A DNA stretch of 64,000 bases from an uncultured virus (IMG/VR IMGVR_UViG_3300006735_000014) (lineage: Duplodnaviria > Heunggongvirae > Uroviricota > Caudoviricetes), in IMG/VR virus record IMGVR_UViG_3300006735_000014, one strand, 5' to 3'. A program made the position numbers and the translations under genes. The first letter of the stretch is position 1; each line of letters begins with the position of its first letter. The notes under the pieces are model-generated. The model did no database searches, was not told the DNA's origin, and worked only from the letters and a program-made list of their open reading frames with translations. Shown here piece by piece: positions 9,433 to 18,653 of the stretch.

Positions 9433-10457
9433 AAATAATCCCTCCACTTCTTTTCAGCATTTCTTGCTGCCTTTTCATATGGATTATCATCATATCCTTG
9501 TTCACGGTATTTCTTATTCTTTATTGGGTCTTGATGTGTATGTTCAAACTCATGCAATACAGTTCTGATAAGATCTTCTTCATTTTCAATATTAGGATAA
9601 AATATCCATATTGTATTTTTTTCATATATCCATTGTGCTTTTGTTGTTTCACTTTCTTCGCCTCTCATATCATCTATACCACTATGTAGAGCATATATGT
9701 CATGATGAAATTTGATTTCTGGAATACCTTTTCTACCAGTACCTCTATCTTGTACAATCTGTGGAAATACTCTATCTACGATAGTCTGGACTTTGTTCTT
9801 TGACATTCCTTCTGACAATACACCTTCTAATATAGTTTTTAATTTCATCTCCTTAAGATGGTTTAATCTTTTATTATATCGTAGAGCTCTATTTTTATAT
9901 TGAACAACAGAATTATCTTCTTTAATTAATTTTGTAATAGATTTAACATGAGGATATTTGTTTAACATATTATTTACAGCTGCAATATTTTTATTTGAGT
10001 CGTCCATAAAATATACTGTATCATATCCTTTTTTAACTTGAGCCTCTATCCAATCAGCTTTCTTTTGTGGATCTGCATTTCCTAATGGAACTACATAAGC
10101 ATCTATTCCCATTGTCTTTAAAAAACTAGTAACAGGTGCACCCAATCTTCTTGCAGTTAATATAGTTACCTTTCTTGCACCTTTTGAAGCTTTTTGAGCT
10201 TTTGCTAATTGTTTTCTTAGTAGATCAGCATTCTGTTTAATTAATCTAGGATTTCTAATTTTTCTATCAAAATCTTTAAAATCAAAATCTTCACCAGGTC
10301 TAGGCTTATAAACTGCGAATTGGGCAGGATCTAATTTTTTAATAGTCCTGCCCTGTCGTGTAACATATATCCAGGCATCAGATTTTGCGATCGTATCATC
10401 AAAATCAAATACGCTCAGTACTTTACGTTCCTGTATAATGTCTTTTAACTTTTTCAT
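9429..10457 (-). CDS. HAD-superfamily phosphatase domain fused to a HExxH metallopeptidase-like domain
   Basis: VFDFDDT (HAD motif I), ILTAR, K, FMDDS..N; C-terminal LHEFEHTHQ...NPYEKAA. Start set at MKKLKDIIQE. Confidence 0.7.
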   Translation of the reverse strand: MKKLKDIIQERKVLSVFDFDDTIAKSDAWIYVTRQGRTIKKLDPAQFAVYKPRPGEDFDFKDFDRKIRNPRLIKQNADLLRKQLAKAQKASKGARKVTILTARRLGAPVTSFLKTMGIDAYVVPLGNADPQKKADWIEAQVKKGYDTVYFMDDSNKNIAAVNNMLNKYPHVKSITKLIKEDNSVVQYKNRALRYNKRLNHLKEMKLKTILEGVLSEGMSKNKVQTIVDRVFPQIVQDRGTGRKGIPEIKFHHDIYALHSGIDDMRGEESETTKAQWIYEKNTIWIFYPNIENEEDLIRTVLHEFEHTHQDPIKNKKYREQGYDDNPYEKAARNAEKKWRDYL

Positions 10458-10497
10458 ATCGTTTGATCTGGATACCAATCGTCCCAATCGTCTGGTT

Positions 10498-11130
10498 CTA
10501 ACACCCTACTTCCTCTTCATCTATAATATCATTAGATTCAATTAAAGTATATGTAAAAGAGTTACCCCAAACTTCTCTAGCCGATTGACAAATATCTAAA
10601 AATGCATGCCAGTCATCATTAGCTGCAATTACTTGACATCCTGCAGACCATTTATCTACTCTGGTTGATTTCCTTCCAGCTTTTGATGTTGCTCTATGGA
10701 TATTTATTCCAAATAAACCTTCATCAATTGAGGCATCATCTAAATCATAATTGTTATCACGATTTGAATCTCTATAAACTTTAACTGGTGATTTTTGTCC
10801 TAATGCTAAATATCTTCCTTGATGTAATCTAAGTTTATGTGAACCTCTATATTGGCCTTCCTTTAGAATTGCAACACCTTTCTCTAACATCGGATTTTCA
10901 ACCCAATGAGTTCCAGGGTCAGTAGTACATTTAAAGCAATGAAATTGCCATTCACCATCAATTTTATATGATATAGTAATATGGTCATCAAATGCATTAG
11001 TAACTCTACCTTTTGTTTCATTATTCCTAACACCTACGATATTTACATCATAGCCTTTGTTGCTAGAATCTTCAAACCATTTGTAGCCTTTTGCCTTTAC
11101 AGCCTCTTCTATTTGTTCTCTTGTGTACAT
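10498..11130 (-). CDS. YkuD/L,D-transpeptidase-like protein; candidate peptidoglycan-acting (lysis) enzyme
   Basis: GINIHRA...WSAGCQV matches the H-x(n)-S-x-G-C catalytic pattern. Confidence 0.55.
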   Translation of the reverse strand: MYTREQIEEAVKAKGYKWFEDSSNKGYDVNIVGVRNNETKGRVTNAFDDHITISYKIDGEWQFHCFKCTTDPGTHWVENPMLEKGVAILKEGQYRGSHKLRLHQGRYLALGQKSPVKVYRDSNRDNNYDLDDASIDEGLFGINIHRATSKAGRKSTRVDKWSAGCQVIAANDDWHAFLDICQSAREVWGNSFTYTLIESNDIIDEEEVGC

Positions 11131-11161
11131 ATTTGTATTCTCCTATATATTTTTATATGTT

Positions 11162-11173
11162 TAATATAAATAT
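11162..11173 (-). promoter_or_regulatory. Candidate late-promoter motif ATATTTATATTA
   Basis: Intergenic, upstream of the 11130 start; identical to the 3693 and 33636 copies. Confidence 0.6.
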
Positions 11174-11314
11174 CTAACTTCGACGCTTCTTTACCCTTTT
11201 ATTACGCTTACTTGCATCTCTAGTAAATTCCTCTAAATCCTTATTACTACGGCGTGGAATTTTTTCTGTGTATTGATGATCATTTTTAATTTGATCAGGT
11301 CTAATTTTTGGCAT
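11174..11314 (-). CDS. Small basic protein (46 aa)
   Basis: Manual translation MPKIRPDQIKNDHQYTEKIPRRSNKDLEEFTRDASKRNKRVKKRRS; starts 3 nt after the upstream stop and fills the gap. Confidence 0.5.
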   Translation of the reverse strand: MPKIRPDQIKNDHQYTEKIPRRSNKDLEEFTRDASKRNKRVKKRRS

Positions 11315-11316
11315 GA

Positions 11317-12063
11317 CTATTTACGTAAATTAACGTCTTTGTACCAGCGGTTGGAACCACCACTCTTAAAATGCATAATAACAGGATCATACTGTTTTAT
11401 TACTTCTTCTACTGGCATCTGTACGATAAGATTATATTTATATCCAACATTCTTTATGTTTAATTTGGTTCCTATATCATGGTTTACCCAATCTGTTCTC
11501 CAATGTATACAATTCAAGAAATCTTGATCTACCCACCAATCCTTATGATCAAATTCTGTAACATATGGATGATTATTTCTTAAATATACATATGGTTCCC
11601 AAGTCGGATTTTGTACTTGTGATACAAACCATTGTCTAAATTTTTCAACTTCTTCACTATACTTGAATCCCCATACACCTCCATTAACTGGAAATTCAAA
11701 TTGATAATGTCTTTCTGTATAAAATACATCCATGTCAGGATATTCATCAAATACCTTAAATGGATCAGATCTAAAAGATAAATCACCATCACAATAATAA
11801 AACCTATCTCCTGGTTCCATTTTTATTTCTAACATCTTTTCTAGTTTAGCTGTTAGTCTTCTATTATCCCATTGTTCATTAGATACATACATTGGAGTTA
11901 CTAACTCTTCTATATCTTTATCTAATACACCTGGAAAGGTTGTTACATAAATATCTACGTCTGAAACTTCTTTTAAAGTTTTTATACAATTACGAAACAA
12001 ATTTGTTGTTTCCTGATCAGGACTTCCTGACCAACCAAAGTATGCTATATTTCTCATTACCAA
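11317..12063 (-). CDS. GT-A fold glycosyltransferase (nucleotide-diphospho-sugar transferase-like)
   Basis: CDGD (DxD), VNGGVW, DQDFLN, YN, MHFK motifs. Confidence 0.7.
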   Translation of the reverse strand: MVMRNIAYFGWSGSPDQETTNLFRNCIKTLKEVSDVDIYVTTFPGVLDKDIEELVTPMYVSNEQWDNRRLTAKLEKMLEIKMEPGDRFYYCDGDLSFRSDPFKVFDEYPDMDVFYTERHYQFEFPVNGGVWGFKYSEEVEKFRQWFVSQVQNPTWEPYVYLRNNHPYVTEFDHKDWWVDQDFLNCIHWRTDWVNHDIGTKLNIKNVGYKYNLIVQMPVEEVIKQYDPVIMHFKSGGSNRWYKDVNLRK

Positions 12064-12995
12064 ATAAAATTTTGTTTATAATAATCTACTATTGATGGTA
12101 GTTCTTTATCAAATGAACATTTTGGTTTCCATCCTAACCTTTGTAATTTTGAATCATCAATACAATATCTTACATCTTGGCCTGGCCTTGAAAATGATAG
12201 ATCTATGAATTTTTGTTTATCCGCAGTAATTCCAAATTGAGATAAAACTTTAGAAACTGTAGTCATATTCTTTTGTTCAAAGTTACCTGATATATTATAT
12301 ATTTCATTTACTTGTTCTGATTCAATAATTTTTATTACAGCTAATGCTGTATCTGATGCATGTAACCAATTTCTTATTGGTTCTCCACTTTCATGTAATG
12401 GAATCTTTCTACCCAAATGTATACATTTACATGCCTTAGGTATTAGTTTTTCTACATATTGTCCTATTCCATAATTATTAGTTGGTCTTATAATTACATA
12501 TGGAATGTTATATGTTCTGCTCCAAGCTAATATTAATTGATCTGCAGCTGCCTTTGTTGCTGAATATGGATTACTTGGTTTTAACAAATCTGTTTCTTTA
12601 TGTGCTCCATTTACAATATCTCCATACACTTCATCAGTACTAAAATGAATTAAGGTAGGAACTTTTAATTTTTTAGTTCGCATTAATTCTAATATATTAT
12701 GTACTCCATTTATATTTGAATGTACAAAATCTGTACTACTTACTATTGAATTATCTACATGTGTTTCTGCTGCCATATTGATAACATAATCACAATCATA
12801 CAACCAAGATAATTTTGCAATATCTTCTTTATGAAAAGAAAAGTTTGGATATTCATGAAACTCGTCTAATAAATCTGGTCTAGAAGCATATGTCATTTTA
12901 TCTATTCCTTTAACATACCAACCTTTTTCTAAACAAGCTCTTGTTACATAAGAACCCATAAAACCTAAACAACCTGTAATATATACTACTTTCAT
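12057..12995 (-). CDS. rmlB: dTDP/NDP-glucose 4,6-dehydratase
   Basis: TGCLGFMG, AAETHVDNSI, STDEVYG, YSATK, NNYG, RPGQDVRY. Confidence 0.9.
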   Translation of the reverse strand: MKVVYITGCLGFMGSYVTRACLEKGWYVKGIDKMTYASRPDLLDEFHEYPNFSFHKEDIAKLSWLYDCDYVINMAAETHVDNSIVSSTDFVHSNINGVHNILELMRTKKLKVPTLIHFSTDEVYGDIVNGAHKETDLLKPSNPYSATKAAADQLILAWSRTYNIPYVIIRPTNNYGIGQYVEKLIPKACKCIHLGRKIPLHESGEPIRNWLHASDTALAVIKIIESEQVNEIYNISGNFEQKNMTTVSKVLSQFGITADKQKFIDLSFSRPGQDVRYCIDDSKLQRLGWKPKCSFDKELPSIVDYYKQNFIW

Positions 12996-14137
12996 TTGTT
13001 AAAAAACTCTTTTATTCTATCACAAACATAATCTACATCTTCAATAGTCATACCATGATGGGCTCCTAAAAGAAATCCATTTTTCATGATAGTATCTGAA
13101 TTTGCAAATTCTTGTAAATATTCTCTATAGATAGGATGCCTAGTTACATTACCTGCAAAAGTAACTCTAGTTTGAATATCACAATCTTCAAGATATGTTA
13201 ATAATTCTAATCGCTTATCACATTGCAATGGGACAGCTAACCAATTTGGTTCTATACTATCATCTGGTAAAATTAGTTCTGTAACGTCTTTTAAATTTTC
13301 TAAATAGCGTTCTATATTTTTTCTACGTATATCTTTAAATTGCTTAAACCTTTCAATTTGAACAAGACCAAATGCTGCATTCATTTCAGAACTTTTCATA
13401 TTATATCCTAAAACCCCATATAAAAATTTATGATCATATGGAATTCCATCTACTTTATGATTAAATCTATCATCTATAATCTCAGAATCATTTCCTATAC
13501 GTCCCCAATCTCTATATTGTAATGCCCTATTCTTATATTTCTCATTATTAAACATAACCATTCCTCCAGCACCACCTGCAGTAATTACATGAGATGCATA
13601 AAAACTAGTTGTTGAAATATCAGTTTCATTTGTATGAGTAACCGTATCTGCAGAATCTTCTATTACAATTATATCTGTTCTTCCTAATCTTTCTAGTTCT
13701 GACTTAAGTAGTTTCCAATCTGGTTTATTACCTATTAAATTAGGAACCATAATAGCTTTAACATCTTTATCGATTAAGTCAATTATATCTTTAATATCTG
13801 GAACATATGATGTTAGATTAACATCGCAAAATACTGGAACGAATCCTAATTGAATTATCGGTGCTAATGTAGTTGAAAATGTACAAGCAGGAGTTATGAT
13901 CTTACAACCTTTTGGTAAATCCAAACATGCAATTGCTAATAAACAAGCTGATGAACCTGAGTTAACAAATAACCCAAACTTCTTTCCAAACATATCAGCC
14001 ATCTTTTCTTCAAACTCAATTGACCTAGGTCCGAATCCAGCTAACCATCCATCTCTTAAACAGGCCTCAACTGCTTTTATTTCTTCTTCTCCATAAGCTT
14101 CAAACTTATTTGGAGCATACCATATTTTCTTTTTCAT
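12992..14137 (-). CDS. DegT/DnrJ/EryC1/StrS family PLP enzyme, RfbH/ColD-like NDP-4-keto-6-deoxyhexose 3-dehydratase
   Basis: VNSGSSA, EDSAD, SFYASHVIT (His at the usual Lys position), RDWGR, YDHK..Y...GYN. Confidence 0.85.
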   Translation of the reverse strand: MKKKIWYAPNKFEAYGEEEIKAVEACLRDGWLAGFGPRSIEFEEKMADMFGKKFGLFVNSGSSACLLAIACLDLPKGCKIITPACTFSTTLAPIIQLGFVPVFCDVNLTSYVPDIKDIIDLIDKDVKAIMVPNLIGNKPDWKLLKSELERLGRTDIIVIEDSADTVTHTNETDISTTSFYASHVITAGGAGGMVMFNNEKYKNRALQYRDWGRIGNDSEIIDDRFNHKVDGIPYDHKFLYGVLGYNMKSSEMNAAFGLVQIERFKQFKDIRRKNIERYLENLKDVTELILPDDSIEPNWLAVPLQCDKRLELLTYLEDCDIQTRVTFAGNVTRHPIYREYLQEFANSDTIMKNGFLLGAHHGMTIEDVDYVCDRIKEFFNK

Positions 14138-14139
14138 AA

Positions 14140-14637
14140 CTATTTTGTTTTTAATATATCAACTACCAATTGTGCTGATATTGTTTCTCCGTTAATATTA
14201 ATTACTCTATTCTTTTCAAACGCTCGTTCTGCATGATTAATGATTTGTGTTGCAGCATTTTCAATAGAAATTAATTCTACATTTCCCCAAGCAGTTGCAT
14301 TTGGTTCGAATAATTTACAAGGCTTACCTATAAATGTTGGTAATCTTAATATCTTAACATTTAGTCCTGTTTGTAATAAAAGACCTTCAGCTTTTTGTTT
14401 ATAGAAAGTATACCATGTATCATTTTCTGATTTGGTTGATATAAATACAATATCCATTAATGAATGTTTATACTTATCTACAAACTCTGTAAATTTTGTA
14501 TACTCAGCTTTTTGTGCTTCTAAACTTTTATCTGAGACTTCCCATGTATGATATATAATTACATTATCATCATCTAATCCTCTTTTTTGTTTAAACAATT
14601 CAGCACCTAACTGTCCGTTACCATTTATTAATTTCAT
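14140..14637 (-). CDS. Short RmlD-like NAD(P)-binding sugar reductase (truncated SDR)
   Basis: INGNGQLG Rossmann start, FIST, YxxxK (YTFYKQKAE), ILRLP. Confidence 0.55.
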   Translation of the reverse strand: MKLINGNGQLGAELFKQKRGLDDDNVIIYHTWEVSDKSLEAQKAEYTKFTEFVDKYKHSLMDIVFISTKSENDTWYTFYKQKAEGLLLQTGLNVKILRLPTFIGKPCKLFEPNATAWGNVELISIENAATQIINHAERAFEKNRVININGETISAQLVVDILKTK

Positions 14638-14876
14638 TGTGTCCTTATTTGAAGTTTTGTAATTTTATCTAAAAATTCTTCAACCGAATATTGAGTTCCT
14701 TTATCATCTAAAATAGTAATACCATCAATAAAATCTGGATGGTTTGTTACCATTTCTTGTAACTTGTTAAATGCACTTCCTGCCCAGAATACTTTAAAAG
14801 ATTGTTCACCTAATAGATAAATTTCTTTTGAAAAATCTTGATTTTCATCTTCTAATATATTAATAAAGTATTGCAT
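14634..14876 (-). CDS. Hypothetical protein
   Basis: ORF track entry; start moved to MQYFINILE, which overlaps the upstream stop. Confidence 0.55.
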   Translation of the reverse strand: MQYFINILEDENQDFSKEIYLLGEQSFKVFWAGSAFNKLQEMVTNHPDFIDGITILDDKGTQYSVEEFLDKITKLQIRTQ

Positions 14877-15715
14877 TATATAACCGCTCTTCCTTTTTGG
14901 TCTTCCCAATCCTTATGGTTTCTTACTTCTAAATTTTTAGCATGAGTTGCTAATAACATTAAAGGATGAAGTTTATATTTACATGCTTCATGAATTAACG
15001 CCTGAACATCTTTAGGAAAACAATGACCTCCATACCCAAAATCTCCATCAGGTCCTGGAACCATCCAATGTGAATATCCTAATCTTTCATCTCTCTGAGC
15101 ATATTCAATTACCTTATCATAATCAATATCTAATTTTTCACATATCTGATATATTTCATTTGCGAATGAAACTTTCATAGCTAAGAATGAATTTGTAACA
15201 TATTTTACCATCTCTGCATATGTTGAACCTGTTTTAATAATAGGAACTTTAGGAAATGCTTTTTTGAATATTCTAGCAATCTTTGTAGCAGCCGGTCTTG
15301 GACCTCCTACTATAATCCTATTTTGATTTTTGAAATCTTCTATAGAATTTGCTTCTGTTAAGAACTCTGGATTAAATACAATATCAACTTTATCATATTC
15401 CTTATTCCATCCTTCTGTTGTACCAGGTGGTATTGTAGATTTAACTATCAATATTTTCTTTTTGGTTGTCATTCGATTAACATCTTTAATAACTTCATTT
15501 ACCATTTCTGTATAACACGAACCATCTCCATCCATTGGTGTTGGAACACATACAAAGATACATTGACACTTCTCAATTAATTCTTTTAATGAACCACATG
15601 TACTATCTTTTGCAATATCAAATGTTTCGATATTATAAAATTTTGCTAATCCTTCATTTACAGCTGTACCAACAAAACCTTGGCCAACTATACCAATTGT
15701 ACTTTTTCTAGCCAT
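14876..15715 (-). CDS. UDP-glucose/GDP-mannose dehydrogenase family protein, short form without the C-terminal domain
   Basis: GQGFVG, CVPTP, KSTIPPG, NPEFL, KYVTNSFLA, GYGGHCFPKD with catalytic Cys. Confidence 0.88.
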   Translation of the reverse strand: MARKSTIGIVGQGFVGTAVNEGLAKFYNIETFDIAKDSTCGSLKELIEKCQCIFVCVPTPMDGDGSCYTEMVNEVIKDVNRMTTKKKILIVKSTIPPGTTEGWNKEYDKVDIVFNPEFLTEANSIEDFKNQNRIIVGGPRPAATKIARIFKKAFPKVPIIKTGSTYAEMVKYVTNSFLAMKVSFANEIYQICEKLDIDYDKVIEYAQRDERLGYSHWMVPGPDGDFGYGGHCFPKDVQALIHEACKYKLHPLMLLATHAKNLEVRNHKDWEDQKGRAVI

Positions 15716-16613
15716 TTATCTTTTCCATATATTCAGCAATCCATTTTTTAAGATCACCTTTTGGTTTCCAATCTAATTCTAAATCTATTTTTGCATATGA
15801 TGCTAAAGTTTCAAACGGCTCTATCACTTTATTACCATAACTTTTTTCACCACCCATCATATCAACTAATTCATTAACAGATGTATTATCTCCATTACCA
15901 ATATTATATGCTTCACCTTTAAACTCTTTAAGAGAGGTTGCAACTAATATATTTGCATCTACAACATCATTTACAAATGTAAAATCCCTTCTTTGGTTTC
16001 CATCATTGTTAATAGTACATGGCTTACCTTCTTTAATTTGAGAAGCAAAAATTGGTATAGCTAATCTATATGCTCCTTCTAATGACATTCTATCTCCATA
16101 CACATTAAAATATCTTAATGAAACTGTATCAATATCATATAATGTACTAAATAATTTACAGTACTGTTCTCCAATTAATTTATGCATTGCATATGGCGAT
16201 ATTGGATCTTTTGTATGTTCTTCTGATGTAGGAACTTTTGCATTTCCATATATAGAACTTGATGAACTAAATACAAATTTCTTAACTCCTGCATCTTGTG
16301 CAGCAACTAATAAATTATGTGTACCTGTTACATTTGCATCATGAAATGGTATTGGTTGTTCAATTGAAGGTTGAACTCTAGCCATTGCTGCTAAATGGAA
16401 TATTGTATCTACTCCTTTCATAAATTCAGTTAAATCATCTATATTAACTGTTGCTAAATCTTGTTTCCAACAATATGCTGCTGGATTAACATTTTCTACT
16501 TTACCTGTAGAAAAATCATCAATGATAGATACTTGTACTCCCATACTAACTAATCTATCTACTACGTGTGAACCGATAAAACCAGCTCCTCCTGTTACTA
16601 TTACTCTTTGCAT
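15708..16613 (-). CDS. NAD-dependent nucleotide-sugar epimerase/dehydratase
   Basis: TGGAGFIGS, SSSSSIYG, YAMHK, RYFNVYG, RDFTFV. Confidence 0.9.
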   Translation of the reverse strand: MQRVIVTGGAGFIGSHVVDRLVSMGVQVSIIDDFSTGKVENVNPAAYCWKQDLATVNIDDLTEFMKGVDTIFHLAAMARVQPSIEQPIPFHDANVTGTHNLLVAAQDAGVKKFVFSSSSSIYGNAKVPTSEEHTKDPISPYAMHKLIGEQYCKLFSTLYDIDTVSLRYFNVYGDRMSLEGAYRLAIPIFASQIKEGKPCTINNDGNQRRDFTFVNDVVDANILVATSLKEFKGEAYNIGNGDNTSVNELVDMMGGEKSYGNKVIEPFETLASYAKIDLELDWKPKGDLKKWIAEYMEKING

Positions 16614-17776
16614 TTTATTAACTCCTTTTGGTATGTTTCTAAACTATTTATATTAATGTATAAATTTCCAAGATCAAATGCACCTATTTCTCCATTATCA
16701 GCAAATATTTCAGATAACTGCTGGATGTATTGGTAATCTTGTTGCGTAAACTTATCTCCATTAATTTCAATTATTATTTTATTATCTATATCATTATCTA
16801 ATGTAAAAAACTTATCATATAAATCATACAATGTATGTTCTTTTGCAATATATTCTTCTACGTTTATATCACAATACACCGAACTACACCATGGTTCAAG
16901 AACTTCTATTAATTGTAAATTAGCATTCTTAATAATAAATCCAATGTCATACTTTGGCGGAATGATAGGTTTCATAAATTCATCATGTCTTACTGCATGG
17001 CCCCATTTTCTTATAAAATTCCTCATGTTCCTAGTAGTAGTTCCAATCCATTCTTCTGAATTTTTACCTGGTGCACCTCCTGAATATGGATTAAATCTAG
17101 ATCCTCTACTGGTCATATGATACACAAATCCTTTCCAGGTTTGATAAAACTTAGTTCCATTTAATTGAAATCTATTAAAGATATCAGAGTCTTCTTTTGA
17201 TTGTGGAGCAAATAATTTATCATGCCCTCCTATCTCTTGAAATTCTTTTTTGTAGAATGCCCAAGGTGCAAATATACCTTCTGTATCAGGAATTTCCTCT
17301 CCTTGTTTAAATCCTACTAACCATCTTAGTAATTCATCTTCTTTAAACTCTTCAGGTTCTACTCCAAAATCTTCTACTATTTTTTCTACTCCTTCTGGAT
17401 GTAAAGGTGGTTCGATCCTTGTTAATGAAACAATTGTTTTAGGTTTTATATGAGACTTAATTGCATCTAATGCTTCTGGACATAAATACATATCTGCATG
17501 CCATACCATACAAATATCATGACTAGCTGTCTCATTGATTAGTTTATCATTTAATATAACTAATCCTTGTCTATCTGGTCCTTCATTTCTAATTGCCTTG
17601 AAATTAGAATCTGATTCCATAGTTGATTTACACCATTCCCATGTACCATCTGTACTAGCATCATCTGCTACACAAATTTCTACTTCATGATCACCTTGAT
17701 TCTTTCTAATAGAATCATATGACCATTTAAGATATTTTAAGTTGTTCCTTGATGGAACTATAAAACTGATTTTCAT
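16601..17776 (-). CDS. GT2 family glycosyltransferase
   Basis: ISFIVPSRN, ADDASTDGT, HADM, GGHD..F...EDSD. Confidence 0.88.
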   Translation of the reverse strand: MKISFIVPSRNNLKYLKWSYDSIRKNQGDHEVEICVADDASTDGTWEWCKSTMESDSNFKAIRNEGPDRQGLVILNDKLINETASHDICMVWHADMYLCPEALDAIKSHIKPKTIVSLTRIEPPLHPEGVEKIVEDFGVEPEEFKEDELLRWLVGFKQGEEIPDTEGIFAPWAFYKKEFQEIGGHDKLFAPQSKEDSDIFNRFQLNGTKFYQTWKGFVYHMTSRGSRFNPYSGGAPGKNSEEWIGTTTRNMRNFIRKWGHAVRHDEFMKPIIPPKYDIGFIIKNANLQLIEVLEPWCSSVYCDINVEEYIAKEHTLYDLYDKFFTLDNDIDNKIIIEINGDKFTQQDYQYIQQLSEIFADNGEIGAFDLGNLYININSLETYQKELIKCKE

Positions 17777-18653
17777 GATAATACTTTTTATAACTTTCTT
17801 TTGCTATATTACTACAATATAAATAAAATTCTTCATCTTTCCTAAGCTTTTTGGCGATTTGTTTTGCTTTTGTTATATCACCCAATTCTATTGTACAATC
17901 AGGATGGAGTTTCATCTGTGTATCCAATCCATCATAACCTATACATGGAATGCCTAGATATGCACAATTTAATGCAAATGTTCCTGCTGCATGAGTTCTC
18001 ATTAAATGGACTCCGTATTTGAAATTATTTAATTTCTTTATCCATTCTACCCAAGTCATATACGGTAAATGATTTAGTCCTTCCATCCAATGTTCATTTT
18101 CAATCTTTCTACCCATACTTGGAGCATATATAGGACAATCAAATTCTTGTGCAGTTATATACGAATCAAATCCTCCATACCATTGACAAAAATTTCCTCC
18201 TATCATAACATTTGATCTATTTAATTTAGGAAACTTAATAGAATCCTCTATCATTAAACTTGGCATTACTTTACAATCTTTACCTGTTAATCCTTCAAAA
18301 TACTTTTTATCTATTTCATTATGAACAAAAAGAAAATCCATATCCATTAATGTATTGTAAAACCAAATTTGCTGTTCTAATGGATAATCCTGGAAATACC
18401 AATGTGGACCTTCTTGCATAGAAGCTACCTTTGAACACCACATCTTTATTTTTTCGAGATCAAATTGAGGATTCTTTTTAGGAATAATAATAATACCTAA
18501 ATCATACCTATCAGAATATTTTGGTAATTCTGCATTTATGTTATAATGGTCTGCATCTAATGCACACATCCATGCTAATTCTGTTCTCATGTTTTGATTA
18601 TCTCTAGAAACCTTACCTTGATAACCACCTTCTGTAAAAAATGCTATTTTCAT
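17727..18653 (-). CDS. Putative GT-B glycosyltransferase
   Basis: MKIAFF start; AAGTFALNCAYLGIPCIG resembles the GT4 C-terminal motif; glycan-locus context. Confidence 0.6.
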   Translation of the reverse strand: MKIAFFTEGGYQGKVSRDNQNMRTELAWMCALDADHYNINAELPKYSDRYDLGIIIIPKKNPQFDLEKIKMWCSKVASMQEGPHWYFQDYPLEQQIWFYNTLMDMDFLFVHNEIDKKYFEGLTGKDCKVMPSLMIEDSIKFPKLNRSNVMIGGNFCQWYGGFDSYITAQEFDCPIYAPSMGRKIENEHWMEGLNHLPYMTWVEWIKKLNNFKYGVHLMRTHAAGTFALNCAYLGIPCIGYDGLDTQMKLHPDCTIELGDITKAKQIAKKLRKDEEFYLYCSNIAKESYKKYYHENQFYSSIKEQLKIS

